Source of the DNA: an uncultured delta proteobacterium
GTDB taxonomy: Bacteria; Desulfobacterota; Syntrophia; Syntrophales; UBA2185
Assembly (NCBI GenBank): GCA_963695875.1
Contig: CAVOID010000003.1
Coordinates: forward strand, 1 to 64,000
Direction: 5' to 3'
DNA length: 64,000 nt
Within the stretch, counting starts at the first letter, position 1. Every line of letters begins with the position of its first letter. Positions 1 to 10,209 of this stretch are shown in pieces. A model generated the notes under the pieces. It saw nothing but the letters and a program-made list of their open reading frames with translations. It was not told where the DNA came from and made no database searches. A program made the position numbers and the translations under genes.

Positions 1-4
1 CCTG

Positions 5-766
5 ATGAATCTCTTTCTTCATGGACTTGAGACTTCCATCTATCTCGGTGATTCCATCTATGAACCCTACCGGGGCAAATTACACAATTGCATTCTCACC
101 AATCCGCCCTTCGGTACAAAAGGCGCCAATCAGGCGCCGGAGCGAGACGACTTTACCATTGAAACGAGCAACAAGCAGCTCAACTTTGTCCAGCATTGCA
201 TGAACATTCTCAAGGATGGAGGCCGTGCCGCCATCGTCCTGCCCGATAATTGTCTCTTTGAGGACAAGGCGGGCGAGGTCTTTGAAATCCTCATGCAGGA
301 CTGCAACCTTCACACGATCCTGCGCCTCCCACGGGGAACATTCACGCCTTACAGTCCCGGCGTGAAAGCAAACGTCATCTTTTTCCAGAAAGGCATTCCC
401 ACGGAAAATGTCTGGATATTCGACGCCCGTTCCAACGTGCCGGGAATCACCAAGAAAGAACGCCCGTTGATGCCCAAACACTTTGAAGAGTTTGAAGACT
501 GTTACGGTAAAGACCCAAACGGCCGAAGTAAGCGCAAAGACCTGGGAGAGACCGGCCGCTTTCGAAAATTCCACATCAGCGACATCAAGGAACGGAATTA
601 CAAGCTCGATATTACCTGGCTCAAGGACGAATCCCTTGAAGATGCAAACGACCTGCCGGAACCGCAAGACCTCGCCGCCGAGGCGATCACGGAACTGGAA
701 GCGGTGGTGGATGAGCTTAAAGACATCATCGCACTTATGGAAAATGAGGAAGGTATGGTAAAATGA
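5..766 (+). CDS. hsdM: Type I restriction-modification N6-adenine methyltransferase subunit M (5'-truncated by window edge)
   Basis: Catalytic NPPF motif (ILTNPPFG), GRAAIVLPDNCLF and C-terminal LDITWLKDESL...LPEP typical of HsdM; overlaps hsdS start (ATGA). Confidence 0.93.
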   Translation: MNLFLHGLETSIYLGDSIYEPYRGKLHNCILTNPPFGTKGANQAPERDDFTIETSNKQLNFVQHCMNILKDGGRAAIVLPDNCLFEDKAGEVFEILMQDCNLHTILRLPRGTFTPYSPGVKANVIFFQKGIPTENVWIFDARSNVPGITKKERPLMPKHFEEFEDCYGKDPNGRSKRKDLGETGRFRKFHISDIKERNYKLDITWLKDESLEDANDLPEPQDLAAEAITELEAVVDELKDIIALMENEEGMVK

Positions 767-2107
767 TTGAATTGCCTGCAGGGTGGACATATACGAAAAT
801 CTCAGAGGTAGCCGAAGTCTTCTTAGTGAAACCCCCAAGACATGATTACGTTTCTGAAGGCAAATACAAAGTCATCAAATTTCGTGACCTAAAAATCGGC
901 ACGGTTGACTTCAAGAACGCCAAACAAGGTTTTGTCAAGGCGGATAAAAAAGTACATGCAAAGCTTAAAGAACTTCGCCAAGGCGATGTACTCATCACTT
1001 CTGCTGCACACTCTGGAGAAAATATTGGCGAGAAGTGTTCTACGTCTTTTCGTTACCTAGGAGTTGAAAAAAATTTTTTCACTGGTGAGATTCTAAACAT
1101 TCGATGTAACAACGAAACACTTGGTAAATGGGTTTACTTGTTTTTTCAGTCCAACAAAGGCTTTGAGGAAATCCAAAATGCTGTCACAGGTGTTCACTTA
1201 ACAGGCGGGCAAGCGAAACTTATGGCAGTTCCCATGGCACCCCTTGGTGAACAACACCGCATTGTCGCCAAGCTGGAAAAACTTCTCGCCAAAGTGGACT
1301 GCCTGCCAGGAACGACTGAATAAAATCCCGACACTCCTCAAACGCTTCCGACAATCCGTTCTCGCCGCCGCCTGCTCCGGCCGCCTCACCGCTGATTGGA
1401 GAGAAAAGAATGGGGAAAACCCTGACGAATGGTCAGAAGTGTTATTGAAAGAAGTTGCAGCTTCGAGGCTTGGTAAAATGCTTGATAAAGCAAAGAACGT
1501 GGGGAACCCCACCCGATATTTGAGAAATCTAAATGTTAGGTGGTTCTCCATTGAACTTACAGATCTGGCTTTAATGCGGGTGACACCGGAGGAAAGAGAT
1601 GAACTCTCAATCTGCGATGGTGATTTGCTTGTATGTGAAGGTGGTGAACCCGGGCGTTGTGCAGTTTGGAATAGTGGAAAGACTGACATCGCTTTCCAGA
1701 AGGCAATTCATCGTGTTCGTCCAAATAGAAACCTCTTGCCATATTGGTTGGCTTTCAACATAAAGAATGACGCTATCTCAGGTCGCCTAGAAGATTACTT
1801 CACGGGAACCACGATTAAGCATTTAACAGGAAAGTCACTTGCAAAGTACCAATTTAAGCTACCGACACTTTCTGAACAGATTGAGATCGTCCGCCGCGTC
1901 GAAGCCCTTTTCAAAATCGCTGACCAGATCGAAGACCGTTATAAGAAGGCGAGAGCCTTCGTTGACAAACTCACCCAATCCATCCTCGCCAAAGCCTTCC
2001 GTGGCGAACTCGTCCCCCAAGACCCCACCGATGAGCCAGCACCAGAATTATTAATGAAAATTAAAAATATACGTGCTCAAACGTTTAAAGTGGATATGAC
2101 TAAATAA
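763..2107 (+). CDS. hsdS: Type I restriction-modification specificity subunit S (one frameshift near 1300)
   Basis: Two TRDs with conserved repeats (PLGEQHRIVAKLEKL; PTLSEQIEIVRRVEALF; QSILAKAFRGELVPQDP) split across ORFs 763-1323 and 1244-2107; removing one base in GTGGACTGCC restores KVDACQERL. Confidence 0.9.
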
Positions 2108-2130
2108 TAGTAACGGAACAGAGGTAGAAT

Positions 2131-2811
2131 ATGCCAATAGATCACAAAGATGAATATGCAACCTTACGGCAAGAAATGTTGCAACGCTTTGACAGGATTC
2201 ACGATACAACAAAGTACGGAGTTGTCGTATTTATTGCCTTTCTGTCGTTTTACTTAGCTGCACAAGGTGCTCTAAAACTTGATTCTCTAGTTTCTCTTAT
2301 CATAATGAATTTTATCATTAGTTTGATTACTTTATCAGTTTATCATAATTTTGAAGTTATATACACGCATGGTACTTACATCGCTGTCATGATCGAAGAA
2401 GAGTCAGAAGCAAAATGGCACAGAATGCGACGTAGTTATCCAGACTATATAGAATCAATCAAAAAAAAGACCTGGCGTGATAAGTTAAGAATAAAGTGGG
2501 GTGGGGATTCTAAACAATTTTCTTATCTCATACTGGTTCTTACCCTCTTCAGTTTTGGTGTGATCTATTTGAAAGAGAAATGCTTAAATGCCTTTATGCC
2601 TTCATCCATTTCTGATTGGATAATTGCATTATTAATTCTTATCCTCCTTGCGATTAATCTCAGACATTCGTATAAATTATCATTTGGTATGAAAAAATAT
2701 AGAGAAAACATTGAGAAATACTGGATAAAATATAGAGATGCATTCGGCAAAGAATTTTGTGATCCATATAAAAAGCTGGACAAAGCAGGATGTCCCGATC
2801 AAAATCCCTAA
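2131..2811 (+). CDS. Hypothetical integral membrane protein (about 4 TM helices), AT-rich
   Basis: 226-aa ORF, GAGG RBS, four hydrophobic stretches, visibly more AT-rich than flanks. Confidence 0.7.
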   Translation: MPIDHKDEYATLRQEMLQRFDRIHDTTKYGVVVFIAFLSFYLAAQGALKLDSLVSLIIMNFIISLITLSVYHNFEVIYTHGTYIAVMIEEESEAKWHRMRRSYPDYIESIKKKTWRDKLRIKWGGDSKQFSYLILVLTLFSFGVIYLKEKCLNAFMPSSISDWIIALLILILLAINLRHSYKLSFGMKKYRENIEKYWIKYRDAFGKEFCDPYKKLDKAGCPDQNP

Positions 2812-2942
2812 TTTCAGCTTTTCTGGCAATCTCAGTTTTTTTTCAGAATATCCTTTGTAGTCGTGCCACCCTTCTACATGTCTTCGACCAAACGGCAGCG
2901 ATTTAGATTACTCGTTCAGCGATTCAAAGGGGATTTATGTGC

Positions 2943-2985
2943 TATAGTGTGCACCAGAAATAGGTTATTACGCTTAGAGAGTACC
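2943..2985 (+). repeat. 43-bp direct repeat, copy 1 (begins with -10-like TATAGT)
   Basis: 32/43 ungapped identity to 3822-3864, including identical TTATTACGCTTAG and GTACC. Confidence 0.75.
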
Positions 2986-3003
2986 CTTCAGGCTGAGGAC
3001 AGC

Positions 3004-3785
3004 ATGAGCTTCTTTGATCGTTATATAGGCATAGACTATTCAGGCGCACAAACCGCTGAAGCCGGCCTACCAGGTCTGCGCGTTTTTATTGCTGATGGAA
3101 GCGTTGCACCATGCGAAGTCAACCCGCCGCCGAGCCCGCGCAAATATTGGACGCGCCGGGTCTTGCCGAATGGCTTATGGCAAGCCTTCGTGAAACCCCT
3201 CGAACCGTCGTCGGCATCGATCACGGCTTTTCATTCCCATTACCGTACTTTGAGAAGTACGGAATCATGCAGAATTGGGATATTTTCCTCGACGACTTCT
3301 GTGACCACTGGCCGACGGACTCTCCGCATACTTATGTGGACTTCATCCGTGACGGAATCTGCGGAAAGGGTGCTGAACGGCTGGGTGATCGAAAATGGCG
3401 CCGCATCACGGAGACGCGCGCCCCTCACGCCCGCTCCGTATTTCATTTCGATGTACAAGGCTCGGTGGCCAAGTCAACTCACGCAGGGATTCCATGGCTC
3501 CGCTGCCTGAGAAGAGCGCTCAGTTCATCCGTACATTTCTGGCCATTCGACGGCTGGACACCGCGAAATGGAAGCCATGTAGTGGCAGAGGTCTATCCCT
3601 CTCTATGGCGAAGCCGGTATCCCAACGACGGCAGAACCAGAGATCAACAGGATGCCTTTGCTGCGTGTCGCTGGCTTCAAGAGACAGACCTCGCCAATGA
3701 TCTTAACCGGTTCTTCGATCCACGGCTTGCTCCCGGTGAGCGGCTCATTGCGAACATCGAGGGATGGATTCTTGGGGTCACATGA
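3004..3785 (+). CDS. DUF429-like predicted nuclease, RNase H fold (frameshift near 3160)
   Basis: N-terminal YIGIDYSGA, then VGIDHGFSFP, AEVYPS and DQQDAFAA motifs; halves lie in two frames joined by a missing G in CGGGT. Confidence 0.75.
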
Positions 3786-3821
3786 AATAACGAATTTGTG
3801 CAAAAAATACATTGCATGTAA

Positions 3822-3864
3822 TATAATTCGCATCCGAACTGAATTATTACGCTTAGGGTGTACC
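3822..3864 (+). repeat. 43-bp direct repeat, copy 2 (begins with TATAAT)
   Basis: See copy 1. Confidence 0.75.
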
Positions 3865-3965
3865 TATGCTGATCATTTCAGGATTAGGGAGAGAGTCAAG
3901 TCCATGAATGAAGGATCGCAAAGCAGACAACGCAGTGAGAAAGATCAAGCAGCAAAAGGTGTAAT

Positions 3966-4955
3966 ATGAATCAGGGAGAGATCATCATTTACCAAACAGA
4001 GGATGGTAAATCGTCGTTAGAGGTTAAATTGCAGGAGGACACCGTCTGGCTTACCCAGAAGCAGATCGGTGTCCTTTTTGAAAAGGACAGCGATACAATC
4101 GGGCTGCATATCAGGAATATATTTAAAGAAGGTGAGTTACGCCTGAGGCAATCCGAGGAATCCTCGGTAGTTCAAGAAGAGGGCGGACGGCAGGTCCGTC
4201 GTAAAATGAAATTCTATAATCTGGACGTCGTTATTTCAGTTGGTTACCGGGTTAATTCAAAAAGAGGCACCCAATTTCGCATCTGGGCAAATAGCATATT
4301 GAAAGAATATCTAGTCAAGGGATATGCTCTCAACGAGAAGCGATTGAAAGAACAACTGCAAAGATTCGAAAACCTCAAACAATCCATCAGACTAATCGAA
4401 AACGTTACTCGTCATAAGGCTTTAAGCATAACAGAATCTGAAGGATTATTAAAAGTCATCGCCGATTTTACTTATGCCTTGGATATATTGGATCAATATG
4501 ATTATCAGAAACTGCAGATCGTCGACACATCCCATAAAGCCGTTATTCCTATTTCTTACGAGGAAGCCATGCATGCGGTTCAGAAACTGCGGGGGAAGCT
4601 GAGCAATGCAGAGCTGTTCGGGCGGGAAAAGGATCATTCTTTTAGAACTTCTTTAGATACAATCTATCAAACCTTTGATGGAAAAAATCTGTACCCCAGC
4701 ATAGAGGAAAAGGCAGCTCATTTGCTCTATTTCATCGTTAAGAACCACTCTTTCATCGATGGAAACAAACGAATCGCTGCTGCTATATTTACCTGGTTTC
4801 TGGAGAAGAATCAGTTATTGTATAACGCCGATGGCACGAAACGAATTGCGGATAATGCTCTGGTGGCATTGACCTTGATGATCGCAATGAGCGATCCTAA
4901 AGATAAAGACATTATGATTAAGATCATTGTCAATTTAATCAACGAGCATAACTGA
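3966..4955 (+). CDS. RhuM-family virulence protein fused to Fic/Doc domain
   Basis: RhuM motifs TVWLTQKQ and YNLDVVISVGYRVNSKRGTQFRIWA; Fic motif HSFIDGNKRIA. Confidence 0.9.
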   Translation: MNQGEIIIYQTEDGKSSLEVKLQEDTVWLTQKQIGVLFEKDSDTIGLHIRNIFKEGELRLRQSEESSVVQEEGGRQVRRKMKFYNLDVVISVGYRVNSKRGTQFRIWANSILKEYLVKGYALNEKRLKEQLQRFENLKQSIRLIENVTRHKALSITESEGLLKVIADFTYALDILDQYDYQKLQIVDTSHKAVIPISYEEAMHAVQKLRGKLSNAELFGREKDHSFRTSLDTIYQTFDGKNLYPSIEEKAAHLLYFIVKNHSFIDGNKRIAAAIFTWFLEKNQLLYNADGTKRIADNALVALTLMIAMSDPKDKDIMIKIIVNLINEHN

Positions 4956-4961
4956 GGGACT

Positions 4962-5624
4962 ATGATGAAAAAAATCCAGGACATTCCCAAGCGTGACCGG
5001 CCCCGTGAGAAGTTGCAGGAGAAAGGCGCTCAGTCTTTGTCCGATCTGGAACTGATGGCCATATTGGTTGGTAGAGGAACAGAGGGTCATGACGTCATGT
5101 CCGTGGCAGAGCGCATCTTGAAGACTCTGGACTCATCTCACGGAAAGCTGAGGTTGGAAGAACTCCAGGAGATTGAAGGCGTCGGACCGGCAAAAGCGAC
5201 CCTTATTGCTGCGGCACTTGAATTTGCGCGCCGTCGAATTCGTCCTGAAGGATTAAAAATATCGTTCCCTCCCGATGTACTGCCATTGATACGGCATCAC
5301 GGAGATCGCAAGCAGGAACACTTCATCTGTATTTCTTTGAATGGCGCGAATGAGGTTATAGCGCATCGCGTAGTTTCCGTTGGACTTGTAAATAAAACGC
5401 AGGTTCATCCGCGGGAAGTTTTTGCAGATCCCATCACCGACCGGGCTTCAGCTATTATCGTTGCTCATAATCATCCTTCGGGTGACCTAAAGCCGAGTAA
5501 AGAAGATACTGAGATCACGAAGCAGTTAAAAGCCGCTGGTGAGACATTAGGGATTAAATTGCTCGATCATATCATTTTTAACCAGAAGGAATATTATAGC
5601 TTTTTGGAAAAGGGGATATTGTAA
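4962..5624 (+). CDS. radC: RadC family JAB/MPN-domain protein
   Basis: RPREKL...LSDLELMAIL, HhH GVGPAKA, VHPREVF, AHNHPSG, LLDHII. Confidence 0.95.
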   Translation: MMKKIQDIPKRDRPREKLQEKGAQSLSDLELMAILVGRGTEGHDVMSVAERILKTLDSSHGKLRLEELQEIEGVGPAKATLIAAALEFARRRIRPEGLKISFPPDVLPLIRHHGDRKQEHFICISLNGANEVIAHRVVSVGLVNKTQVHPREVFADPITDRASAIIVAHNHPSGDLKPSKEDTEITKQLKAAGETLGIKLLDHIIFNQKEYYSFLEKGIL

Positions 5625-5678
5625 ATTGGTCAGCAATTCTCTCCGTCTCAGGAGGGCATGGAAGGCCTAAGTGCCGCC

Positions 5679-6317
5679 TTAAGATTGAAGCATAGGGTTA
5701 AGCCGGCGTTCCTCTCCTATAGTGGTGGCTGCACCGTGCCCGGGATACACAATAGTATCATCGGGCAATGTCAACAGCTTTTCGTGAATGCTCTTTTTCA
5801 ATTGTTTGTGGTCATGACCGGGAAAAAGTCCGGGAAGGGTTACACCAATCCTGCGCCTGAACAATGTATCACCGCTGAAGACAACACCATGCCCCCAGAA
5901 ACTGACGCTATCCGAACTATGTCCCGGTGTATAAAGTACGGAAAAGTGTAAATCGTCAATATCTATGGTATCGCCATCTTTCAGCAATATATCCGGCTTG
6001 ATGGGCAATTCAAAGGGAACGAATACCAGTCCTTTTATCAACTGACTTGGTTCAGGAGGTGATTTTATATTGCCGGTATCATAGACTGCCAATTGAGCCT
6101 TCGTGTCATTCTTGACTGTATCAAGAGCACTGAAGTGATCAATATGCACATGGGTGAGTGCAATTAAAGAGACCGATATGTTCAGTTCCCCCACAGCCTC
6201 AGAGATGCGCTTCGCTTTAACGCCGGGGTCAATAATCATACCACGCCCGGTCGCTTCAGAGGCTACAATGTAGCAGTTTGCAGCGATGGAATCACCTTCA
6301 AGCACTTTGACAATCAT
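5679..6317 (-). CDS. MBL-fold metallo-hydrolase (glyoxalase II-like)
   Basis: THVHIDH, TPGHS, SGDTLF, YPGHG motifs. Confidence 0.9.
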   Translation of the reverse strand: MIVKVLEGDSIAANCYIVASEATGRGMIIDPGVKAKRISEAVGELNISVSLIALTHVHIDHFSALDTVKNDTKAQLAVYDTGNIKSPPEPSQLIKGLVFVPFELPIKPDILLKDGDTIDIDDLHFSVLYTPGHSSDSVSFWGHGVVFSGDTLFRRRIGVTLPGLFPGHDHKQLKKSIHEKLLTLPDDTIVYPGHGAATTIGEERRLNPMLQS

Positions 6318-6466
6318 AGTCCATTATCCCTTAACTCGTCATGCCCGCCGCTATCCTTCTTTTTCAAACTTAGAGTATTGGCAATCTGCCCATTGAATTG
6401 GTCATCTTTTCTCGAACTGACGACGTACAAGCCATAGCTCAATTTGTAGAATGCTGCCTTGTCCAT
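6314..6466 (-). pseudogene. Truncated N-terminal fragment of a flavin reductase-like / high-molecular-weight rubredoxin gene
   Basis: Manual translation MDKAAFYKLSYGLYVVSSRKDDQFNGQIANT resembles the flavin reductase domain start; similarity stops after about 31 aa; ORF is 50 aa. Confidence 0.7.
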
Positions 6467-6484
6467 TTGCAAATTTCCTTGCAA

Positions 6485-7183
6485 TTAATTTGACGGTCTT
6501 TCTCCGAAGATACTTCTTCCAACCCGCACTATGGTTGCCCCCTCCTCTACGGCAACCTCGTAATCCCCGGACATGCCCATGGAGAGTTCCCGCATCTCAA
6601 CACGACTTATACTTTCAGCAATGATCTTGTCTCTCAGTTCCCGGAGAGACACAAAATACGGTCTTGCATCCTCCGGGTCATCGAACCAGGGCGGCATGGT
6701 CATCAGCCCTTGTATCGAAAGATTATTGAGAGCCGAAACGTCTCTGATCAATTGTATGACTTCCTTATAGGGAACACCACTTTTCGTCTCTTCACCGCTG
6801 ATATTAACCTCGATCAGGACTTTCATCACAAGGCTGAGGGCCTTAGATCTCCTGTCAAGCTCTAAGGCTAAATCCATCCTGTCCACAGAATGGATCATAT
6901 CAAAGAGCCTCACAGCATATTTGGCCTTGTTGCTCTGAAGGTAGCCGATCATATGCCATTCTATAGGCCTCCCCATCTTTTCGATCTTTCTCTTTGCCTC
7001 CTGGATATAGCTTTCGCCGATAATATCCACTCCCGCTTTGATGGCCTCCATGATCCGGTCATCATCTACCGTCTTGGTCACGGCCATTAGCCTGACATCA
7101 GACGCCTTTCTACCGGATCGTAACGCCGCGTCGGCAATAATATTTCTTATTCTTGCAATGTTGTCCCTAACGGTTGACTCCAT
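6485..7183 (-). CDS. yggS: YggS/PROSC family pyridoxal phosphate homeostasis protein
   Basis: LMAVTKT, WHMIGYLQSNK, LSMGMSGDYEVAVEEGATIVRVGRSIFG. Confidence 0.95.
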   Translation of the reverse strand: MESTVRDNIARIRNIIADAALRSGRKASDVRLMAVTKTVDDDRIMEAIKAGVDIIGESYIQEAKRKIEKMGRPIEWHMIGYLQSNKAKYAVRLFDMIHSVDRMDLALELDRRSKALSLVMKVLIEVNISGEETKSGVPYKEVIQLIRDVSALNNLSIQGLMTMPPWFDDPEDARPYFVSLRELRDKIIAESISRVEMRELSMGMSGDYEVAVEEGATIVRVGRSIFGERPSN

Positions 7184-7190
7184 AGCATCC

Positions 7191-7788
7191 TCAGGTAAAG
7201 TCTATTGCCCCTACACCCTTCAGCACATCTACAACCTCGCACAGGGGAAGGCCCATGACATTCGTATAAGAACCGTGTATCTCCTTGATGAAGAAGGCTC
7301 CCATGCCCTGAACAGCATATCCTCCAGCCTTATCGTACGGTTCTTCTGATCCTATATACCAGGCCATTTCATCATCGGGAATTTCCCTGAACCGGACGGA
7401 AGACTCAATTGCATCCCTGATGAGAATATCAGCACTCCTCCTTGTGACAGTAAATCCAGTTAACACGGTGTGGACACGTCCGCTCAGTTTGTCGAGCATT
7501 TCTTTAGCTTCATCGGGAGTCCGCGGCTTGCCGAGGACCTCACCGTTAATGATGACGATAGTATCTGCACCCATTACCCAGGCATCCGGATGAGCTACGG
7601 CAGCCTTCTCTGTCTTCCCTTCCGAGAGTCTTAAGACATGCTCCCTTGGCAGCTTCTCCTTCCATGAATGATTCATTAACATGACTCGGCATGATCTCAA
7701 AGCGTAATCCGAGGAGACTTAAAAGCTCAATCCGGCGGGGAGATGCAGAGGCGAGAATAAATTTTCCTGATGTGATGATATTTGCCAT
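7191..7788 (-). CDS. maf: Maf family nucleoside triphosphate pyrophosphatase (frameshift near 7650)
   Basis: ILASASPRRIELL in ORF 7546-7788; GADTIV, KAGGYAVQG, NVMGLP in ORF 7191-7700. Confidence 0.9.
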
Positions 7789-7850
7789 GATATTGTGTAC
7801 AATCCAACTGGAAACCCTTTACAAAAGTTTTCAGAAATTCGTTTTGGGTA

Positions 7851-8927
7851 TTACAGAAATTCCTTCATTTTTTTATGTTCCAGGATCTCCACTACCTTCT
7901 TCACATCCTGCGAACAACCTCTCTTGCAGATCAAGAGAGAATCCTCCGTTTCTACCACAATGAGGTCTTCCACACCTACCATGGCAACCAACTTCCGGGA
8001 ACTTTGGATAAGAGAATTTTTGGCATCAATTCCGATAAAAAGAGTTTTTCCATGTGCGGCATTTCCACGCTCGTCTTTCTCCAAAACCTCCCAGAGGGCA
8101 TCCCAGCTTCCCATGTCAGACCAGCCGAAATCTCCCTTGACGAGAAGGACATTATCAGCCTTTTCCATGACACCGTAATCAATAGAAATCGATGAAATCA
8201 TACGGTACACGCGCTCGACAATGTTCTTTTCTTCATCTGTACCTATAGCTCCTTCTATCCGCAAAAGACCTTGATGAAGATCGGGAAGCCATTTCTTGAT
8301 TGCTCGCAATATTGTATCAGCCCTCCAGAGAAACATCCCGCTGTTCCAGTAAAACCCCCTCTTATCCAAAAATACCTTCGCCTGTTCCAGAGTGGGTTTT
8401 TCCCGGATGGATTTTACCTCATATATGTCTTCGCCCTTAATAGTCGCTTTCAGAATTCCCTGCTCAAGGTAACCGTAACCGGTCTCCGGGTAGGTCGGTT
8501 GAATGCCAATGGTCAGGAGAAAGTCATTTTGAGCGGCCACCTCGGCAGCAGTGGAAAGGAGGTGGCGAAACCTCGGTGCATCAGTAATCAGATGGTCAGC
8601 CGGCAATACAACCATAACATCATCGGGGGATTTACGTTTGATATGGAGGGCCGCAAGACCGATACAGGGCGCGGTGTTTCTACCGACCGGTTCAATAATT
8701 ATGTTTTTCTCAGGGATCTGCGGCAATTGCCTTGCCAATGCATCGGCGTGGCTGTGACCCGTGACGATCAAGATATTATCCACCGGGACAAGTGGTACTA
8801 TTCTGTCAATAGTTTCCTGGATAATGGTCTTTTCAGAAACAATATCCAGCAAGTGTTTAGGCATCCTCTCTCTGCTTTTGGGCCAGAAACGTGTACCCTT
8901 GCCACCGGCCATAATGACAGCATACAT
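7851..8927 (-). CDS. manC: Mannose-1-phosphate guanylyltransferase
   Basis: MAGGKGTRFWPKSR, EPVGRNTAP, PADH, WNSGMF, SIDYGVMEK, WSDMGSW. Confidence 0.93.
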   Translation of the reverse strand: MYAVIMAGGKGTRFWPKSRERMPKHLLDIVSEKTIIQETIDRIVPLVPVDNILIVTGHSHADALARQLPQIPEKNIIIEPVGRNTAPCIGLAALHIKRKSPDDVMVVLPADHLITDAPRFRHLLSTAAEVAAQNDFLLTIGIQPTYPETGYGYLEQGILKATIKGEDIYEVKSIREKPTLEQAKVFLDKRGFYWNSGMFLWRADTILRAIKKWLPDLHQGLLRIEGAIGTDEEKNIVERVYRMISSISIDYGVMEKADNVLLVKGDFGWSDMGSWDALWEVLEKDERGNAAHGKTLFIGIDAKNSLIQSSRKLVAMVGVEDLIVVETEDSLLICKRGCSQDVKKVVEILEHKKMKEFL

Positions 8928-8994
8928 AGGATAACTTTTCTCCTTATCTTCTTTTTTTCAAACGTGGCAAACGTACCAAAAGAAATGCTGATTA

Positions 8995-10146
8995 TCAATG
9001 CAAATCTGTGCCCAGAATATCCATTCTGAAGTGCTGGAGCACATCAATGAATCCTTGCGAATGAACGGGGTTGTCATGCATGGCAAAGAGGTGTGTCTCA
9101 CAGTAACAATCGGAAGATCCAAATCCCGGAACAGACCAGTCCGCGATCTTGCCTACAGCGAAAGCCACTTCATGCTCCAATGGTGTGTGGGATCGAATGG
9201 GGAGAGCGATGCACGTTTCAGCATGGTTTCTGAGATAATCTACATGCCAGAAAAATTTCTTCCTTTTTCTCAAATGTCTTTCTAACCGCTTAGTGAGATT
9301 TATTTTTGCTGATCCCACATAGATGTAATACCCACCTGAGAAGGTGACAGGCCCGAGACTGCCGATAGAAATGGTTACGTCACGAGGTACGTGAAGGATG
9401 AGCATGTAGCATCCACTGTCCCGGGCTTCCTCGTCCAGAATTCCCCAAGGTATCTCCAATTCTCGAACTTCTTTTCCAAGAGTGAGGGTTTCATTCCAGG
9501 TTACGGAGACGGCCCTGTATAAGAGCTTGTCTCTCAGATCGGCAAACGTCCGGGCAAAATCAAAATCCGTGTGATAATCAGGCAAGAAGAACCGGGCATG
9601 GGGCCAGTGCACTACAAAAATAACGCAGGCCCTCATGCCTCTGTCTGTCAGTTCGGCAAGGGCAAGCAAATGCCTCCGGCCCCGCTCCGTAACGGCATCG
9701 GGAAACATAGCGATGTCTTTTCCGAACAGGGTGCATGATTTAACTTCCAGGACATACGGAACGTTTCCCTTCTGTAAAAGGAAATCAAAGCGGCTTTTCC
9801 CGAATGTGGCTTCTTGCTTTATTATCTTTGCATGTTCCAGACCGCGAATTCTGTTTTTATCGAGCAGATATTTTACTACCGTGTTGGCCATCTGGGTGTG
9901 AAGTAAAACAGGCATATCTTCCCGCAGAACGGCGACAGCTGTATATATAGTATACCTGCCTGGCATCGGATCATGCCTCACAAGACTAATGGTTCTATCC
10001 GGGAGAAGGAGCTCCCAAAGACGTCCCGGGTTGGGAAGATGTGCACGGACAATTTCATTGTCCAGCGAGCACTCGACGGTAAACCGGTTGAGCCTTCTGA
10101 TGAATCTTCCTTGCATCACATTCGGGAAAAGGGAAACGCTTCTCAT
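8995..10146 (-). CDS. sfsA: SfsA nuclease-like protein fused to C-terminal DUF123 (GIY-YIG/Uri) domain
   Basis: RRLNRF, HLPNPGRL, SRFDF, EVKSCTL, FPDAVTERGRRHL; then GYYIYVGSA...RLERH...WHVDYL...GFGSSDC..C.THL. Confidence 0.88.
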   Translation of the reverse strand: MRSVSLFPNVMQGRFIRRLNRFTVECSLDNEIVRAHLPNPGRLWELLLPDRTISLVRHDPMPGRYTIYTAVAVLREDMPVLLHTQMANTVVKYLLDKNRIRGLEHAKIIKQEATFGKSRFDFLLQKGNVPYVLEVKSCTLFGKDIAMFPDAVTERGRRHLLALAELTDRGMRACVIFVVHWPHARFFLPDYHTDFDFARTFADLRDKLLYRAVSVTWNETLTLGKEVRELEIPWGILDEEARDSGCYMLILHVPRDVTISIGSLGPVTFSGGYYIYVGSAKINLTKRLERHLRKRKKFFWHVDYLRNHAETCIALPIRSHTPLEHEVAFAVGKIADWSVPGFGSSDCYCETHLFAMHDNPVHSQGFIDVLQHFRMDILGTDLH

Positions 10147-10209
10147 CTTCCATTGCATTTTAAGGAATAAGCCTGTACATTGCCAGGAATAAAAATTATT
10201 TCTCTCACT

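Noticed and set aside
80..838. Long antisense or alternative-frame ORFs (e.g. 80-838, 8271-9029, 20965-21630)
   Set aside because: They overlap well-supported genes on the opposite strand and lack motifs
2100..3960. Integron attC sites or canonical dif/pdif sites around island genes
   Set aside because: No RYYYAAC...GTTRRRY palindromes; the repeat does not match XerC/XerD arms with a 6-bp spacer
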